Shown: positions 1 to 10,004, numbered from the stretch's first letter. The stretch: DNA of 64,000 nucleotides from Ruminococcus sp. UBA4240 (GCA_002395525.1 DGXE01000024.1:18692-82691); one strand, 5' to 3'. A program made the numbers and translations. Notes: generated by a model from the sequence alone, not told the origin.

Positions 1-1006
1 CCCTTATCTTCAGCATATCATCGGTGCGCCCGGAGAAGTTCTCCATGCGGCAGGTGGTGCGCCCGCACTTGCAGGGCTCGTAGTAAAGGCGGGTTATGTC
101 ACGGGTGCGGTATCTGATGAGGGGCAGCGCCTCCTTGGTAAGGCAGGTGACCACCAGCTCGCCCTTTTCACCCTCGGGGAGGACTTCACCCGTTGCAGGG
201 TCAATTACCTCACATATGAAGTGATCTTCGTTTACGTGCATACCGTTCAGCTCTTGGCACTCGCCGGATACGCCGGGACCCATAAGCTCACTCATGCCGT
301 AGTTGGAGGTGACCATCAGCTCTTCGCCGAAGAGCTTTTTGAGCTGTTCCCTCATTACGTCTGTCAGCAGCTCCGACCCTACAAGGGCGGTCTTTAAATG
401 CAGGTCAGTCTTGGGATTTAGCCCCATCTGCATTGCCACCTCACCTATGCGCAGCGCATAGGAGGGGGTGGCTACCAGCAGCGTGGTTCCATAGTCCTTC
501 ATGTACATTATCTGCTTTTCCGTATTGCCGGTGGAGGAGGGGATGATGCAGCAGCCCATGTGCTCAAGCCCCTTGTGCAGACCCAGGGCACCGGTGAACA
601 TACCGTAGCCGAAGCATATCTGGCACATATCCTCGGGAACGGCGCCCCCTGCTGCGGCTATCCTTGCCACGCACTCAGCCCATGTTTCCAGATCGTTCTT
701 TGTATAGCCCACAACAGTGGGCTTGCCTGTGGTGCCCGATGATGCGTGTATGCGCAGCAGCTTTGACTTGTCCACTGCGAAAAGACCGTAGGGATAATTG
801 TCCCTGAAATCCTGCTTTGTGGTGAAGGGCAGCTTTTTAAGGTCGGAAAGCCCCTTTATGTCCTCCGGCTTTATGCCTGCCTCGTCCATCTTCTTCCTGT
901 ATGGCTCTACATTGTTATACACGTAGGGAACCAGCTTCAGAAGCCTTTCCGTCTGGATCCTTTCGATCTCGCTGCGGGGCAATGTTTCTTCCTTTGCCCA
1001 GATCAT
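1..1006 (-). CDS. phenylacetate-CoA ligase family (PaaK-like adenylate-forming enzyme); C-terminal end runs off the window
   Basis: My own reverse translation from the ATG at 1006-1004 gives [22 protein letters not shown]...[14 protein letters not shown]...[38 protein letters not shown]. It is clearly paralogous to the ORF at 1357-2652. It is absent from the ORF track because no stop lies inside the window. Confidence 0.8.
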   Translation of the reverse strand, partial: MIWAKEETLPRSEIERIQTERLLKLVPYVYNNVEPYRKKMDEAGIKPEDIKGLSDLKKLPFTTKQDFRDNYPYGLFAVDKSKLLRIHASSGTTGKPTVVGYTKNDLETWAECVARIAAAGGAVPEDMCQICFGYGMFTGALGLHKGLEHMGCCIIPSSTGNTEKQIMYMKDYGTTLLVATPSYALRIGEVAMQMGLNPKTDLHLKTALVGSELLTDVMREQLKKLFGEELMVTSNYGMSELMGPGVSGECQELNGMHVNEDHFICEVIDPATGEVLPEGEKGELVVTCLTKEALPLIRYRTRDITRLYYEPCKCGRTTCRMENFSGRTDDMLKIR

Positions 1007-1231
1007 TCCTATCAACTCCTATATGGTGGCACATCTGCACAGCAGATATCCCATTTGAAAACATCATTCCTATATTATCACAACTGATTTCCTTTGTCAA
1101 TAAAGAAAATACAATTTTGACGTTTTAACGCTTTTATGCATTAAAATTATTGCGTTTTGAACAAAAACCGCCCCCAACTCTCCTTGCACCCGGCTTTCAG
1201 TCTCCAAAGCTAAAATATTCAAAAAATAGTA

Positions 1232-1260
1232 TTGATTTCTGCAAAACACTATGATATAAT
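1232..1260 (+). promoter_or_regulatory. sigma-A type promoter for the 1357 ligase gene
   Basis: TTGATT (1232-1237), 17-nt spacer, TATAAT (1255-1260) with a TGn extended -10. Confidence 0.6.
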
Positions 1261-1356
1261 AAAAGCTGTTTTATTCTGTTTTATCCCTTTAAAATCACAT
1301 AGCATTAAAACTACAAAGCTACACAGCAAGAGTGTATCATAGCGGAGGTTTTTTTC

Positions 1357-2652
1357 TTGGCTTACTGGAACGAAGAAATCGAGTGCATGGATCGTGAAAA
1401 AATGCGTGAACTCCAGAGCGAAAGACTTGTTAAGAAGGTAAAGGACGTATACGACAACGTGCCCTATTACCGTGACCTTATGGATAAAAAGGGCGTAAAG
1501 CCCGAGGATATCAAGGGCGTTGACGACCTTCACAAGCTGCCCTTCCTGTCAAAGGCGGATCTGCGTGAGGCTTATCCCTACGGCCTGCTTGCCCGCCCCC
1601 TGTCGGACTGCGTTCGCATCCACTCCACAAGCGGCACCACAGGCAAGCGTGTAGTGGCATTCTATACCCAGAACGACATAGATATGTGGGAGGACTGCTG
1701 CGCAAGAGCGATCACTGCCGCAGGGGGCACCAAGGACGACGTGTGCCAGGTGTGCTACGGCTACGGCCTGTTTACGGGAGGTTCCGGGCTCAACGGCGGT
1801 TCTCACAAGGTGGGCTGTCTTACACTGCCCATGTCCTCCGGCAACACCTCACGCCAGATACAGTTTATGCGTGACCTCAACGCCACCATACTCTGCTGTA
1901 CTCCCTCCTATGCGGCATACATTGGTGAGACTCTCCATGATATGGGCTATACTCCGGATGATATACAGCTTAAGGCGGGCATATTCGGTGCGGAGCCCTG
2001 GACGGAGGAAATGCGCCGCTCCATTGAAAAGTCACTGGGTATAAAGGCATATGACATCTACGGCCTTACGGAGACCAGCGGCCCGGGCGTTGCCTTTGAG
2101 TGCTGCGAACAGCACGGTATGCACATCAACGAGGATAATTTCATCCCCGAGATAATAGACCCCGACACCGGTGAGGTGCTCCCCGAGGGCACAAAGGGCG
2201 AGCTTGTGTTCACAAGCATCACCAAGGAGGCATTCCCCCTGCTCCGGTACCGCACCCGTGACATATGCGTGCTCACCCGTGAGAAATGCGCCTGCGGACG
2301 CACCCTCATCAGAATGGCAAAGCCCATGGGCAGAAGTGACGATATGCTCATAATCAGGGGCGTGAACGTATTCCCCTCACAGATAGAGACCGTTCTCATC
2401 GAGCAGGGCTATACACCCAACTACATGATAGAGGTGGACAGGGTGAACAACTCCGACACCCTTGACATCAACGTTGAAGTGCCCGAGGGCGCATCCGAGA
2501 TCGACACCCCCCACAGGGAAAAGCAGCTTGCATCCGCTATAAAGACTATACTGGGCATAAGCCCCAAGGTACACCTTGTGCCTACAAAGTCCATCACCCG
2601 CAGCGAGGGCAAGGCTGTGCGTGTGATAGACAGAAGAAAGCTGCATGACTGA
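1357..2652 (+). CDS. phenylacetate-CoA ligase family protein (PaaK-like)
   Basis: 431 aa with a TTG start 8 nt after GGAGG. Contains the SSGTTGK AMP-binding P-loop (IHSTSGTTGKRV), YGLTE, and RYRTRD...CACGR...GRSDDMLIIRGVNVFP, which is typical of PaaK. Confidence 0.85.
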   Translation: MAYWNEEIECMDREKMRELQSERLVKKVKDVYDNVPYYRDLMDKKGVKPEDIKGVDDLHKLPFLSKADLREAYPYGLLARPLSDCVRIHSTSGTTGKRVVAFYTQNDIDMWEDCCARAITAAGGTKDDVCQVCYGYGLFTGGSGLNGGSHKVGCLTLPMSSGNTSRQIQFMRDLNATILCCTPSYAAYIGETLHDMGYTPDDIQLKAGIFGAEPWTEEMRRSIEKSLGIKAYDIYGLTETSGPGVAFECCEQHGMHINEDNFIPEIIDPDTGEVLPEGTKGELVFTSITKEAFPLLRYRTRDICVLTREKCACGRTLIRMAKPMGRSDDMLIIRGVNVFPSQIETVLIEQGYTPNYMIEVDRVNNSDTLDINVEVPEGASEIDTPHREKQLASAIKTILGISPKVHLVPTKSITRSEGKAVRVIDRRKLHD

Positions 2653-2686
2653 CAGCTTCTCTGAGCCGTTTTGAAGAATGTGTAAT

Positions 2687-2727
2687 GAAGAATGAAGATA
2701 CGTAAGGTGCTTCATTCTTCGTTTTTT
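2687..2727 (+). terminator. rho-independent terminator
   Basis: GAAGAATGAAG / CTTCATTCTTC 11-bp stem followed by GTTTTTT. Confidence 0.7.
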
Positions 2728-2754
2728 AGGTCACAGGTGTGACCTTTCCGTGCG

Positions 2755-4134
2755 GTGGTAAAAATGAGTGAACGAAAATACAATGTGAACATGACAGAGG
2801 GCAGAATACTCCCTGCCATGCTGTCCTTTGCCGTGCCTCTGATGTTCTCAAGCGTTTTGCAGCTGCTGTTCAATGCGGCTGATGTGGTGGTGGTGGGCCG
2901 CTTCTCCGGGGAGAATTCCCTTGCGGCGGTAGGCTCCACCGCCACCCTTATAAACCTGCTGACAAATCTGTTCTTAGGGCTTTCTGTGGGGGCAAACGTG
3001 ACAGTGGCACGCTTTCACGGTGCAAGGCTTGAAGCTGACCTGTCAAAGGCAGTCCACACCACTATGACCCTGAGTGTCATCAGCGGAGTGATAATGACCT
3101 TTGTGGGGTTTTTCGGGGCGCACTGGATGCTCTCCCTCATGCAGACCCCTCCCGAGGTCATCGACCTTGCCACGGATTACCTGCAGATATACTTTCTGGG
3201 CGTGACCGCAATGATGGTCTACAACTTCGGTGCTGCCATACTCCGTGCTGTGGGGGATACCAAAAGACCCCTGTACTACCTGCTGGTGTCCGGGGTGCTC
3301 AATGTCATACTCAATCTTGTATTTGTCATAGGCTTCAAAATGGATGTGTCCGGTGTCGCCCTTGCCACGGTAATGTCAGAGGTGCTTTCCGCAGTGCTGG
3401 TGGTAATGTGCCTCATGCGTGAGGGGGGCGGCATAAGGCTTGACCTGAAAAAGCTGGGGCTTGACAAGGCAAAGCTCATATCCATCATCAGCATAGGCCT
3501 GCCCGCCGGCTTCCAGGGGGTGCTGTTCTCCCTCTCCAATGTGGTGATACAGTCCTCTGTCAACGGCTTCGGCAACATCGTGGTGGCGGGGAACTCCGCC
3601 GCCCAGAATATAGAGGGCTTTGTCTACGTGGCAATGAACTCCTTCCATCAGGCAGCCATCAGCTTCACCGGTCAGAACTACGGCGCAGGCAGGTACGACC
3701 GCATCAGCAAGGTTGCAGGCTGTGCCCTTGGCTGTGTGACCGTAACGGGAGTGGTTCTGGGCTGGGGGGCATTCTTCCTGGCAACCCCCTTGCTGTCCAT
3801 ATATTCAAACAACCCGGACGTTATTGCGGCAGGTACCATACGCCTTTCGCTGGTATCCGCCACCTATGCCCTGTGCGGCTTTATGGATGTGCTGGTGGGA
3901 GTGCTGCGGGGTATAGGGCGCTCCATACTGCCCATGGCAATATCCCTGGTGTGCATATGCGGCTTCCGGCTTTTGTGGCTGGGAACGGTGTTCCAGCAGC
4001 CTGAGTTCCATGTGATAAGAATGGTGTATATGTCCTATCCCGTGTCCTGGATACTCGCCATAGCCGCAATGCTCATCTGCTATTTCATCGAGAAGAGAAA
4101 GCTTGACCGCATGGCTTTACAGGCAGAGGGCTGA
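2755..4134 (+). CDS. MATE family efflux transporter
   Basis: 459 aa, about 12 hydrophobic segments, MATE-like N-terminus (EGRILPAMLSFAVPLMFSSVLQLLFNAADVVVVGRF). The true start may be the ATG at 2764. Confidence 0.8.
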   Translation: MVKMSERKYNVNMTEGRILPAMLSFAVPLMFSSVLQLLFNAADVVVVGRFSGENSLAAVGSTATLINLLTNLFLGLSVGANVTVARFHGARLEADLSKAVHTTMTLSVISGVIMTFVGFFGAHWMLSLMQTPPEVIDLATDYLQIYFLGVTAMMVYNFGAAILRAVGDTKRPLYYLLVSGVLNVILNLVFVIGFKMDVSGVALATVMSEVLSAVLVVMCLMREGGGIRLDLKKLGLDKAKLISIISIGLPAGFQGVLFSLSNVVIQSSVNGFGNIVVAGNSAAQNIEGFVYVAMNSFHQAAISFTGQNYGAGRYDRISKVAGCALGCVTVTGVVLGWGAFFLATPLLSIYSNNPDVIAAGTIRLSLVSATYALCGFMDVLVGVLRGIGRSILPMAISLVCICGFRLLWLGTVFQQPEFHVIRMVYMSYPVSWILAIAAMLICYFIEKRKLDRMALQAEG

Positions 4135-4151
4135 ATAAGTGCATCGTGCAG

Positions 4152-4194
4152 AAGCTCCGGGAGTGCTTAAAAAGAGCGCTCCCGGAGCTTTTTG
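4152..4194 (+). terminator. rho-independent terminator
   Basis: AAGCTCCGGGAG ... CTCCCGGAGCTT stem followed by TTTT. Confidence 0.7.
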
Positions 4195-4376
4195 ACAGTG
4201 GTGCTGCATTGTCAGCCCGGAGACATACTCTGAGGATGAGGAAGCAACATGAGGAGCCCTACTGTCCATGTATGCTTTCACCAAAACAGATATGTGATTT
4301 TTGACATTTCTGACAGTTGTAATTTGCGCTTTAAAATGGTATATTTAACGTAACTACCTAAAAGGAGGACTAAACA

Positions 4377-6068
4377 ATGACCATGACCAAGAGAGCGTCA
4401 GCCCTCATAATATCCCTGCTCATGCTGCTGGGGATATGCGGGGCATTCCCCGCACGGGCTGCGGCGGCAGATGCTGCATCCATTAAATTCTCATACAGTG
4501 CGGTAACAGTGCCTGTGGGGAAGACCATTACCTTAAAGCCTGTCATAACAGGCCTGCGGGGTCCCCGCCTCAACTGGACCACCACCGACCGCTCCGTTGC
4601 CACAGTGACCGATTCCGGCAAGGTAAAGGGCATAAAGGAAGGCAAGACCACCATCAGTGCGAAGATAAGCAACACCGCCCTTTCCGCATATGTGACCGTG
4701 TATGTGGGCAAGAGGGTCAAGTCTGTCAAGGCTACCCCTGCCGAGATCACCCTTGAACCGGGTAAGACAAAGAAGCTGAAGGTCACTCTTTCCCCCTCAG
4801 ATGCGGCATACAAGGGTCTTATCTACACATCCTCGGATGAAAGCGTTGCAACCGTGAAGAAGGGCACTGTCACCGCTGTGAAGGCAGGCAGCGCTGTCAT
4901 CACCGTGACCGCTGCGGACGGCTCAAAGAAGGCGGCTCAGGTAAAGGTCACCGTAAAGGGCAGTTCCGCCGCTGCCTCAAAAACAGCCTCCACTCAGAAG
5001 ACCACCACAACAACCACCACAAAGAAGATCACCGCCACTGCTACCAACGGCTTTGACACAAAGCTTTCCGCCTTTGACCTTACAAAGAAGATGACCGTGG
5101 GCTGGAACCTGGGCAACGGCCTTGACTCCATCGGTGCATCGGAGACTGCTTGGGGCAACCCCGTCACCACAGAGGCCATGATAAAGGATGTCAAGGCTAT
5201 GGGCTTCAATTCCATACGCATCCCCGTCACCTACCACAAGCACGCCGACAGCAACGGCAACATCGACAGCAAGTGGCTTGACCGTGTGCAGGAGGTAGTT
5301 GACTACGCCTATAAGAACGGTATGTACGTAGTCCTTGACGACCACCACGACAACAGCTTCTACGACATAGGGGGCTGTGTAAAGAATGAGGCGACACTGA
5401 AAGCAAGCCGCAAGAAGATGCAGAACCTGTGGAAGCAGATAGCAAACCGTTTCAAGAGCTACGATCACAAGCTGCTGTTTGAAGTGATGAACGAACCCCG
5501 CACCGAAGGCTCCGCAAAGGAATGGTCAGGGGGCACCAAGGAAGAGCGTGACGTGCTTGCGGTGCTCACTCAGGACTGCGTAGATGCCATAAGGGCAACA
5601 GGGGGCAACAATGCATACCGCTTTGTGGTATGCCCCGCATATGCGGCTACCTCCAACACATCTATACTCAAGGGCACAAAGTTCCCCGATGATGACAGAG
5701 TTATAGTTGACATACACACCTATGCGCCCTACAACTTCGCCATGAACGGCAAGGGTCCCTCGACCTTCACTGACAGCGACAAGAGCGAGATCGACCGTTT
5801 CTACTCCACCATCAACGACATATTCATCTCCAAGGGACGGGCTGTAATAATCGGTGAGAACGGCGCTGTCAACAAGAACAACGAGGATGAGCGCTGCGCA
5901 TGGGCAGAGTACACCATCAAGGCCGCCAAGAAGTACGGCATACCCAACTTCATCTGGGACAACAACTCAAACGGCACAGGTGATGAGGCATTCGGCCTTT
6001 ACGACCGTGCAAACGGCAAATGGTACTGGGAAAAGCTTGCAAAGGCTTACACCTCTGCCGTAAAGTAG
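4377..6068 (+). CDS. secreted glycoside hydrolase family 5 (endoglucanase-like) with two N-terminal Big_2 Ig-like domains and a Thr-rich linker; no dockerin
   Basis: Signal peptide MTMTKRASALIISLLMLLGICGAFPARAAAA. Two units of about 80 aa fit the Big_2 pattern (VTVTDSGKVKGIKEGKTTISA / ATVKKGTVTAVKAGSAVITVTA). TTTTTTKK linker. GH5 hallmarks are GWNLGN, NSIRIPV, FEVMNEPR (acid/base Glu), HTYAPY and IIGENGA (nucleophile Glu). Confidence 0.85.
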   Translation: MTMTKRASALIISLLMLLGICGAFPARAAAADAASIKFSYSAVTVPVGKTITLKPVITGLRGPRLNWTTTDRSVATVTDSGKVKGIKEGKTTISAKISNTALSAYVTVYVGKRVKSVKATPAEITLEPGKTKKLKVTLSPSDAAYKGLIYTSSDESVATVKKGTVTAVKAGSAVITVTAADGSKKAAQVKVTVKGSSAAASKTASTQKTTTTTTTKKITATATNGFDTKLSAFDLTKKMTVGWNLGNGLDSIGASETAWGNPVTTEAMIKDVKAMGFNSIRIPVTYHKHADSNGNIDSKWLDRVQEVVDYAYKNGMYVVLDDHHDNSFYDIGGCVKNEATLKASRKKMQNLWKQIANRFKSYDHKLLFEVMNEPRTEGSAKEWSGGTKEERDVLAVLTQDCVDAIRATGGNNAYRFVVCPAYAATSNTSILKGTKFPDDDRVIVDIHTYAPYNFAMNGKGPSTFTDSDKSEIDRFYSTINDIFISKGRAVIIGENGAVNKNNEDERCAWAEYTIKAAKKYGIPNFIWDNNSNGTGDEAFGLYDRANGKWYWEKLAKAYTSAVK

Positions 6069-6083
6069 CTGAACATACAAACA

Positions 6084-6117
6084 AGCCCCCGGAAACTGCT
6101 CCGGGGGCTGATTTTTG
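6084..6117. terminator. bidirectional rho-independent terminator between convergent genes
   Basis: AGCCCCCGGA / TCCGGGGGCT stem, T-run on the plus strand (GATTTTTG) and T-rich sequence on the minus strand. It sits between the stops at 6068 (+) and 6123 (-). Confidence 0.7.
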
Positions 6118-6122
6118 CCAGC

Positions 6123-7301
6123 TTATGAATTCATCTTTGCCTTGTAGTCTTCCTTCAGCTTTGCAAGGCGCTTGGAATCCTCCGTGCGCTTTGCCCTTGC
6201 CTCCTCCTGTATCTTCTTTGTCTCCTCTATGCCGGATACGATGGTAGCCCATGTCTTTTCAAGGGTCTCCACCTGGATGGAGTTGCCGTTGGCGAGCCTT
6301 GTGGTGAGCTTGGTCTGTTCCACGGTGTTTGTGGCGTTCTTGAGCAGCAGCTCATTGGTCTTGTCATCAAGTGTCTTCATAGCCTCAGCCTGTATCCTCT
6401 GGCGCTTTAACATGACAGCCTGTGCAAGGGACTGCTTGAACACGGGCATGGTTATGATGAATGCGGAATTTATCTTGCGCATAAGATTTACGTTGGAGAA
6501 TTCCATGGATTTGAGCATGGGTACGGTCTGCATCGCCACATTCTCTGCGATCTTCAGATCCATTACACGCTGCTCCAGTATGGAGCGGGACTGTTCAAGA
6601 GCCTGCAGATCCATAGCGGCTGTGCCGGGATCCTCGCCTGCATCCACCTTTGCACGGTACTCCGCAATGTAGGTGTCAAGCTCGGTGCACGCCTGCTCCC
6701 CTGCCATGATGTAGCGCAGGAGCTGCTTGTAGTAGTCGATGTTGGCGTTGTACATGATCTCCAGCTTCTGGTTGGACTGGCCTATCTCGTTCTCGTACTT
6801 TTTCAGCTGGATGTATATCTTGTCCACATGGTCGCCCATGGTGTTGTACTTTGCAAGTATCTTGTCAAGGGACTTGCGTATGCTTGCAAGAAAGCCCCTC
6901 TTTTCCTCGGTGGAGAGCTCCTTTGCATCAAACTGAGCCATTATGGTGCCCAGCTCCTGCAGCAGCACGCTTGAATCGTCGATCTGTGTCATATCCATGG
7001 ATTTGAGCACCTGATCGGAGGCCTTGGATATCTCCTCTGCCACCTCGTTGCCGAAGGTAACGATGGTGTTGGGGTCGTTTACATTGATGGTGGAAACCAG
7101 CTTGTTCACCTCATCGGATGTGATAAGTTCGTTCTCCAGCTTCTGCTTCGTGGCAGTCATGGAGAAGGTGTTGGGGTCTCCTACATTGATGTTATAGGTC
7201 ATAGGTGCGGGGGCAGCTGCTGCCTGTACTTCAACAGGCTCTGCGGTGTTTGTCTCCTGCATTTGCTCTGCGGGTGTGAACTGAATGGGCATTGCTATCA
7301 T
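6123..7301 (-). CDS. telA: TelA-family toxic anion resistance protein
   Basis: 392 aa, largely helical or coiled. The segment KYNTMGDHVDKIYIQLKKYENEIGQSNQKLEIMYNANIDYYKQLLRYIMAGEQ matches the conserved TelA/KlaA core as I recall it (YI.AGE). It is paired with a YceG-like gene as in B. subtilis yceG-yceH. Confidence 0.7.
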   Translation of the reverse strand: MIAMPIQFTPAEQMQETNTAEPVEVQAAAAPAPMTYNINVGDPNTFSMTATKQKLENELITSDEVNKLVSTINVNDPNTIVTFGNEVAEEISKASDQVLKSMDMTQIDDSSVLLQELGTIMAQFDAKELSTEEKRGFLASIRKSLDKILAKYNTMGDHVDKIYIQLKKYENEIGQSNQKLEIMYNANIDYYKQLLRYIMAGEQACTELDTYIAEYRAKVDAGEDPGTAAMDLQALEQSRSILEQRVMDLKIAENVAMQTVPMLKSMEFSNVNLMRKINSAFIITMPVFKQSLAQAVMLKRQRIQAEAMKTLDDKTNELLLKNATNTVEQTKLTTRLANGNSIQVETLEKTWATIVSGIEETKKIQEEARAKRTEDSKRLAKLKEDYKAKMNS

Positions 7302-7321
7302 CCTTTCCTTTTTTCCGTTTT

Positions 7322-8890
7322 TCAGAATAGCTTCTTGAAGAGAAAGCTCTTTTTATGGGAGCGGGGTTTCGTGGGTATCTTCATTCTGGGTACGCTGCGT
7401 ATGGGTGCGCCGAACACAGGCTCCCCGATGGTGTGTGTCTCAAACGCCTTTTCGGAGATGTGCGTTTCAAGATCCCGGTAGCAGGTGGGGCAGAAGACCA
7501 GTATGTCAAAGCCCAGGTAGGACAGCATAAGGGTCTGTGTACACTGCAGCTTTGAGAATGGGTCCTCTATGGGGTCGGCGATGATGACCTTGGGTATTGT
7601 CTTGGTGAAGTCGTAGCTCTGCAGCAGCTGCAATATCTCACGGTTGAGGTTGAGGGCTACATACATGGTAAAGTCCACCAGCTCCTGTTCGCTGTCCATA
7701 AGGAGCATACCGTCATTTATCATGGCCTGCGCCTTTTCAAATATGAGCCTCTGCAAATGACCGGGGAGGAAGTTGTATCGGTTTAAGGGGGATCTCATCA
7801 GCTCGTCTATGAGCAGCTGCTTGCCCCTGTGGAAGCGGGCATATATCCTTGACTGGCTGATATACAGGTTTTTGAGGGATACCGCCTTTACCTGGAAATA
7901 GGTCTCCGGGGTCAGCATCCTCTTCACAAGCTCCCAGTAGGCCTTTATATCTCCCCCGGGGACACCCTCCACCTTGGCGAATATGACAGGCACCGTCACC
8001 ACGTCGTCCTTTACGGCAAAGCCCGTGCGGTACTTTGCCTCCTCGTCCCACAGCAGGTCTATCTCCTCGTAGGTGGTGGCAAGGACGGCGGCGTTCATGC
8101 GCTCGAACTGATTGGAGCGGAACATTGTGTCGCTGCCGGTGTACAGCATCTCATCAAGCTCTTTCTGGGCATTGTAGGCGATGGTGTTTATCTTCGCCTT
8201 GACGGGTGCCTTCGGGAAGGGCCTTACAGCAGCCGTCTTCCCCAGGCTCTCCTTCTGGAGCTTGTCGGAGAAGGGGCATTTCTCAAACATATCAAGGGCT
8301 GTGTCATCCGGGGATATACACAGCACGTCAAAGCCGCAGCGGGCAGCATAGCACAGAAAGAGGGTGTCCTCGCTGTTGGGTATGCCGTAGTACATGATGA
8401 GGGGTATCTTGTCGGTTATGGTGCCTACTGCTGCGGAGATGAAATTCATCCTCTCCACCAGGGACAGCCCCACATTCAGCTTGTCCGTGGGGACAGCCGT
8501 CAGCATTTCCCCAAGGGCAGTCTGGGCTATGAAGCGGCGCTCCTCATTGTCTATCTCGATGCGCCCGCACAGCCCGGATATAATGGCGGCATCTCCCTCC
8601 ACCCCGGAAAAGATGGGGTCAAGGTCGAACCTCCCGGGGACAGCTATGGGCAGGTCGATAAAGGCAAAGGGCTTCCCCGACTTGGTTATGTCGCTTTTGA
8701 GCTCATAGAGGAAATTGTCGTATCTGTCGGGATTCTCCAGTGTGCCTGTGAGCAGCAGGAAATATACGGGGATAAGCTCCCTTTTTGTGAAATGTCCGCC
8801 TCTGGCATAGAGCCTGACGGAATGCTCCTGGCAGATGTCCTGCCCGAGGTGCGTTATATCAGCATTTATCTGTTCAACTAAACGAGCCAT
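7322..8890 (-). CDS. YceG-like protein (partner of TelA)
   Basis: 522 aa, immediately upstream of and co-oriented with telA. Size and position match B. subtilis YceG. No catalytic motif was recognised by eye. Confidence 0.5.
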   Translation of the reverse strand: MARLVEQINADITHLGQDICQEHSVRLYARGGHFTKRELIPVYFLLLTGTLENPDRYDNFLYELKSDITKSGKPFAFIDLPIAVPGRFDLDPIFSGVEGDAAIISGLCGRIEIDNEERRFIAQTALGEMLTAVPTDKLNVGLSLVERMNFISAAVGTITDKIPLIMYYGIPNSEDTLFLCYAARCGFDVLCISPDDTALDMFEKCPFSDKLQKESLGKTAAVRPFPKAPVKAKINTIAYNAQKELDEMLYTGSDTMFRSNQFERMNAAVLATTYEEIDLLWDEEAKYRTGFAVKDDVVTVPVIFAKVEGVPGGDIKAYWELVKRMLTPETYFQVKAVSLKNLYISQSRIYARFHRGKQLLIDELMRSPLNRYNFLPGHLQRLIFEKAQAMINDGMLLMDSEQELVDFTMYVALNLNREILQLLQSYDFTKTIPKVIIADPIEDPFSKLQCTQTLMLSYLGFDILVFCPTCYRDLETHISEKAFETHTIGEPVFGAPIRSVPRMKIPTKPRSHKKSFLFKKLF

Positions 8891-8982
8891 AATAAGATAA
8901 TATGTGTAAGGTGTGGTCGATGCATGGCGGGATGACAGCTCTGCGGTTTTGGTAAGGGAAGGCAGAACTGTACCCGCATTTT

Positions 8983-9011
8983 ATTATACATAATTTATGG
9001 GCATATGTCAA
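8983..9011 (-). promoter_or_regulatory. sigma-A type promoter for yceG-telA
   Basis: The minus strand reads TTGACA (9011-9006), 17-nt spacer, TATAAT (8988-8983). Confidence 0.6.
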
Positions 9012-9072
9012 GTGTTTTAACAATGAAAAGCCGGAAGGGCGGCGAGTGTGCAGCGATGCATACCGTTCAAGC

Positions 9073-9687
9073 TCAGCGCCTTTCGTGACCGGTCATTCCA
9101 TCAGTGACTTGTGCATTGTCATAACTTTCGGTCATTATAATATTGCAGCACCAATCCGGGATGTTTTCACATTTATCTGTACAGGTGCCGTTTTCAAATG
9201 CGGCAATAAACCTGAAAGACACCGTGTTATCATATATTTTTACATGATCGCACAATGGCAGGACATTTTTCAGATTTTCCAAAGACTGGATGTAACGATG
9301 TCGGATATCCTTTTCGTCTATCCCATGACCGCCCTTGGCTACTCTTTGACGTACTCTTTCTACCGCAAGATCAGCACTGGAAAGCCCTACATAGTACAAA
9401 TGGATCTCATATCCTGTTTCCTTAGCTTTATTAATGTTCCTGATGATACTTTTGCCGCAGAGAGTAGTTTCCTGATCAAAAGATATGCCTTGTGCCATAT
9501 AACTGTGTATAAGATTTATTGCTATCCTTCCGGATCTGATAACATCCGTGCTGTTCTTCCATGAGCCGAGAGTGCGGACGATCTCATCAAGATTTACCCG
9601 CGGTAAAGTGAGCATTTCCTTATAGGTCTGATAAAGTGTGGTTTTTCCCGCACCGTTCACACCTGCGAATATGATATACTTTTTCAT
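9073..9687 (-). CDS. zeta-toxin-like P-loop kinase (AAA/zeta toxin family)
   Basis: 204 aa. Walker A is at the N-terminus (IIFAGVNGAGKTT). Size and layout resemble the zeta/COG4185 family. The start overlaps the stop of the upstream 61-aa ORF (TGATG). Lies in the low-GC region. Confidence 0.6.
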   Translation of the reverse strand: MKKYIIFAGVNGAGKTTLYQTYKEMLTLPRVNLDEIVRTLGSWKNSTDVIRSGRIAINLIHSYMAQGISFDQETTLCGKSIIRNINKAKETGYEIHLYYVGLSSADLAVERVRQRVAKGGHGIDEKDIRHRYIQSLENLKNVLPLCDHVKIYDNTVSFRFIAAFENGTCTDKCENIPDWCCNIIMTESYDNAQVTDGMTGHERR

Positions 9688-9872
9688 CAGAATCTGTTCT
9701 CCGCTATGACTTTTTTCTGTTTCTGCTGTAAAATATAGTCGGTCATGCTGCGGATAAAGTTTTTTTCTTCATCGCTTTTTGCATTCATTATCAGCTGATA
9801 TGCTTCATCAAGGTCTATATCCCTGCATTTGTCAAACGCTTCATGAAGTACTTCCGATTTGGTATTATCCAT
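9687..9872 (-). CDS. small acidic protein, putative cognate antitoxin of the zeta-like kinase
   Basis: 61 aa, AAGGAG RBS, 1-nt overlap with the kinase gene start. There is no recognisable DNA-binding motif, so the call is positional. Confidence 0.4.
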   Translation of the reverse strand: MDNTKSEVLHEAFDKCRDIDLDEAYQLIMNAKSDEEKNFIRSMTDYILQQKQKKVIAENRF

Positions 9873-9911
9873 ATAGTTCTCCTTTCGTGGACTGTTCCTG
9901 TTCAGGGGGGG

Positions 9912-10004
9912 TTATGTCAGCTTCTGATACATCTTCATAAGCTCCGCTACTATCTCGCTTTCGGTCATGTCGGGCTTGAAGCCGTATTGGCTGTTTATGC
10001 TCAT
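9912..10004 (-). CDS. 30-aa ORF translationally coupled to the S-subunit gene (MSINSQYGFKPDMTESEIVAELMKMYQKLT)
   Basis: The ATG overlaps the TGA of the specificity gene (ATGA). Found by manual translation because it is too short for the ORF track. It could be a gene remnant. Confidence 0.25.
   Translation of the reverse strand: MSINSQYGFKPDMTESEIVAELMKMYQKLT

Noticed and set aside
4990-5030. ACC/ACA-rich DNA repeat in the GH5 gene
   Set aside because: It simply encodes the poly-Thr interdomain linker (TTTTTTKK) and is not an independent DNA feature.
4377-6068. Cellulosomal enzyme (dockerin-bearing) interpretation of the GH5 protein
   Set aside because: The protein ends directly after the catalytic domain. 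No duplicated Ca-binding dockerin segments are present. The N-terminal modules look like Big_2, not cohesin or dockerin.
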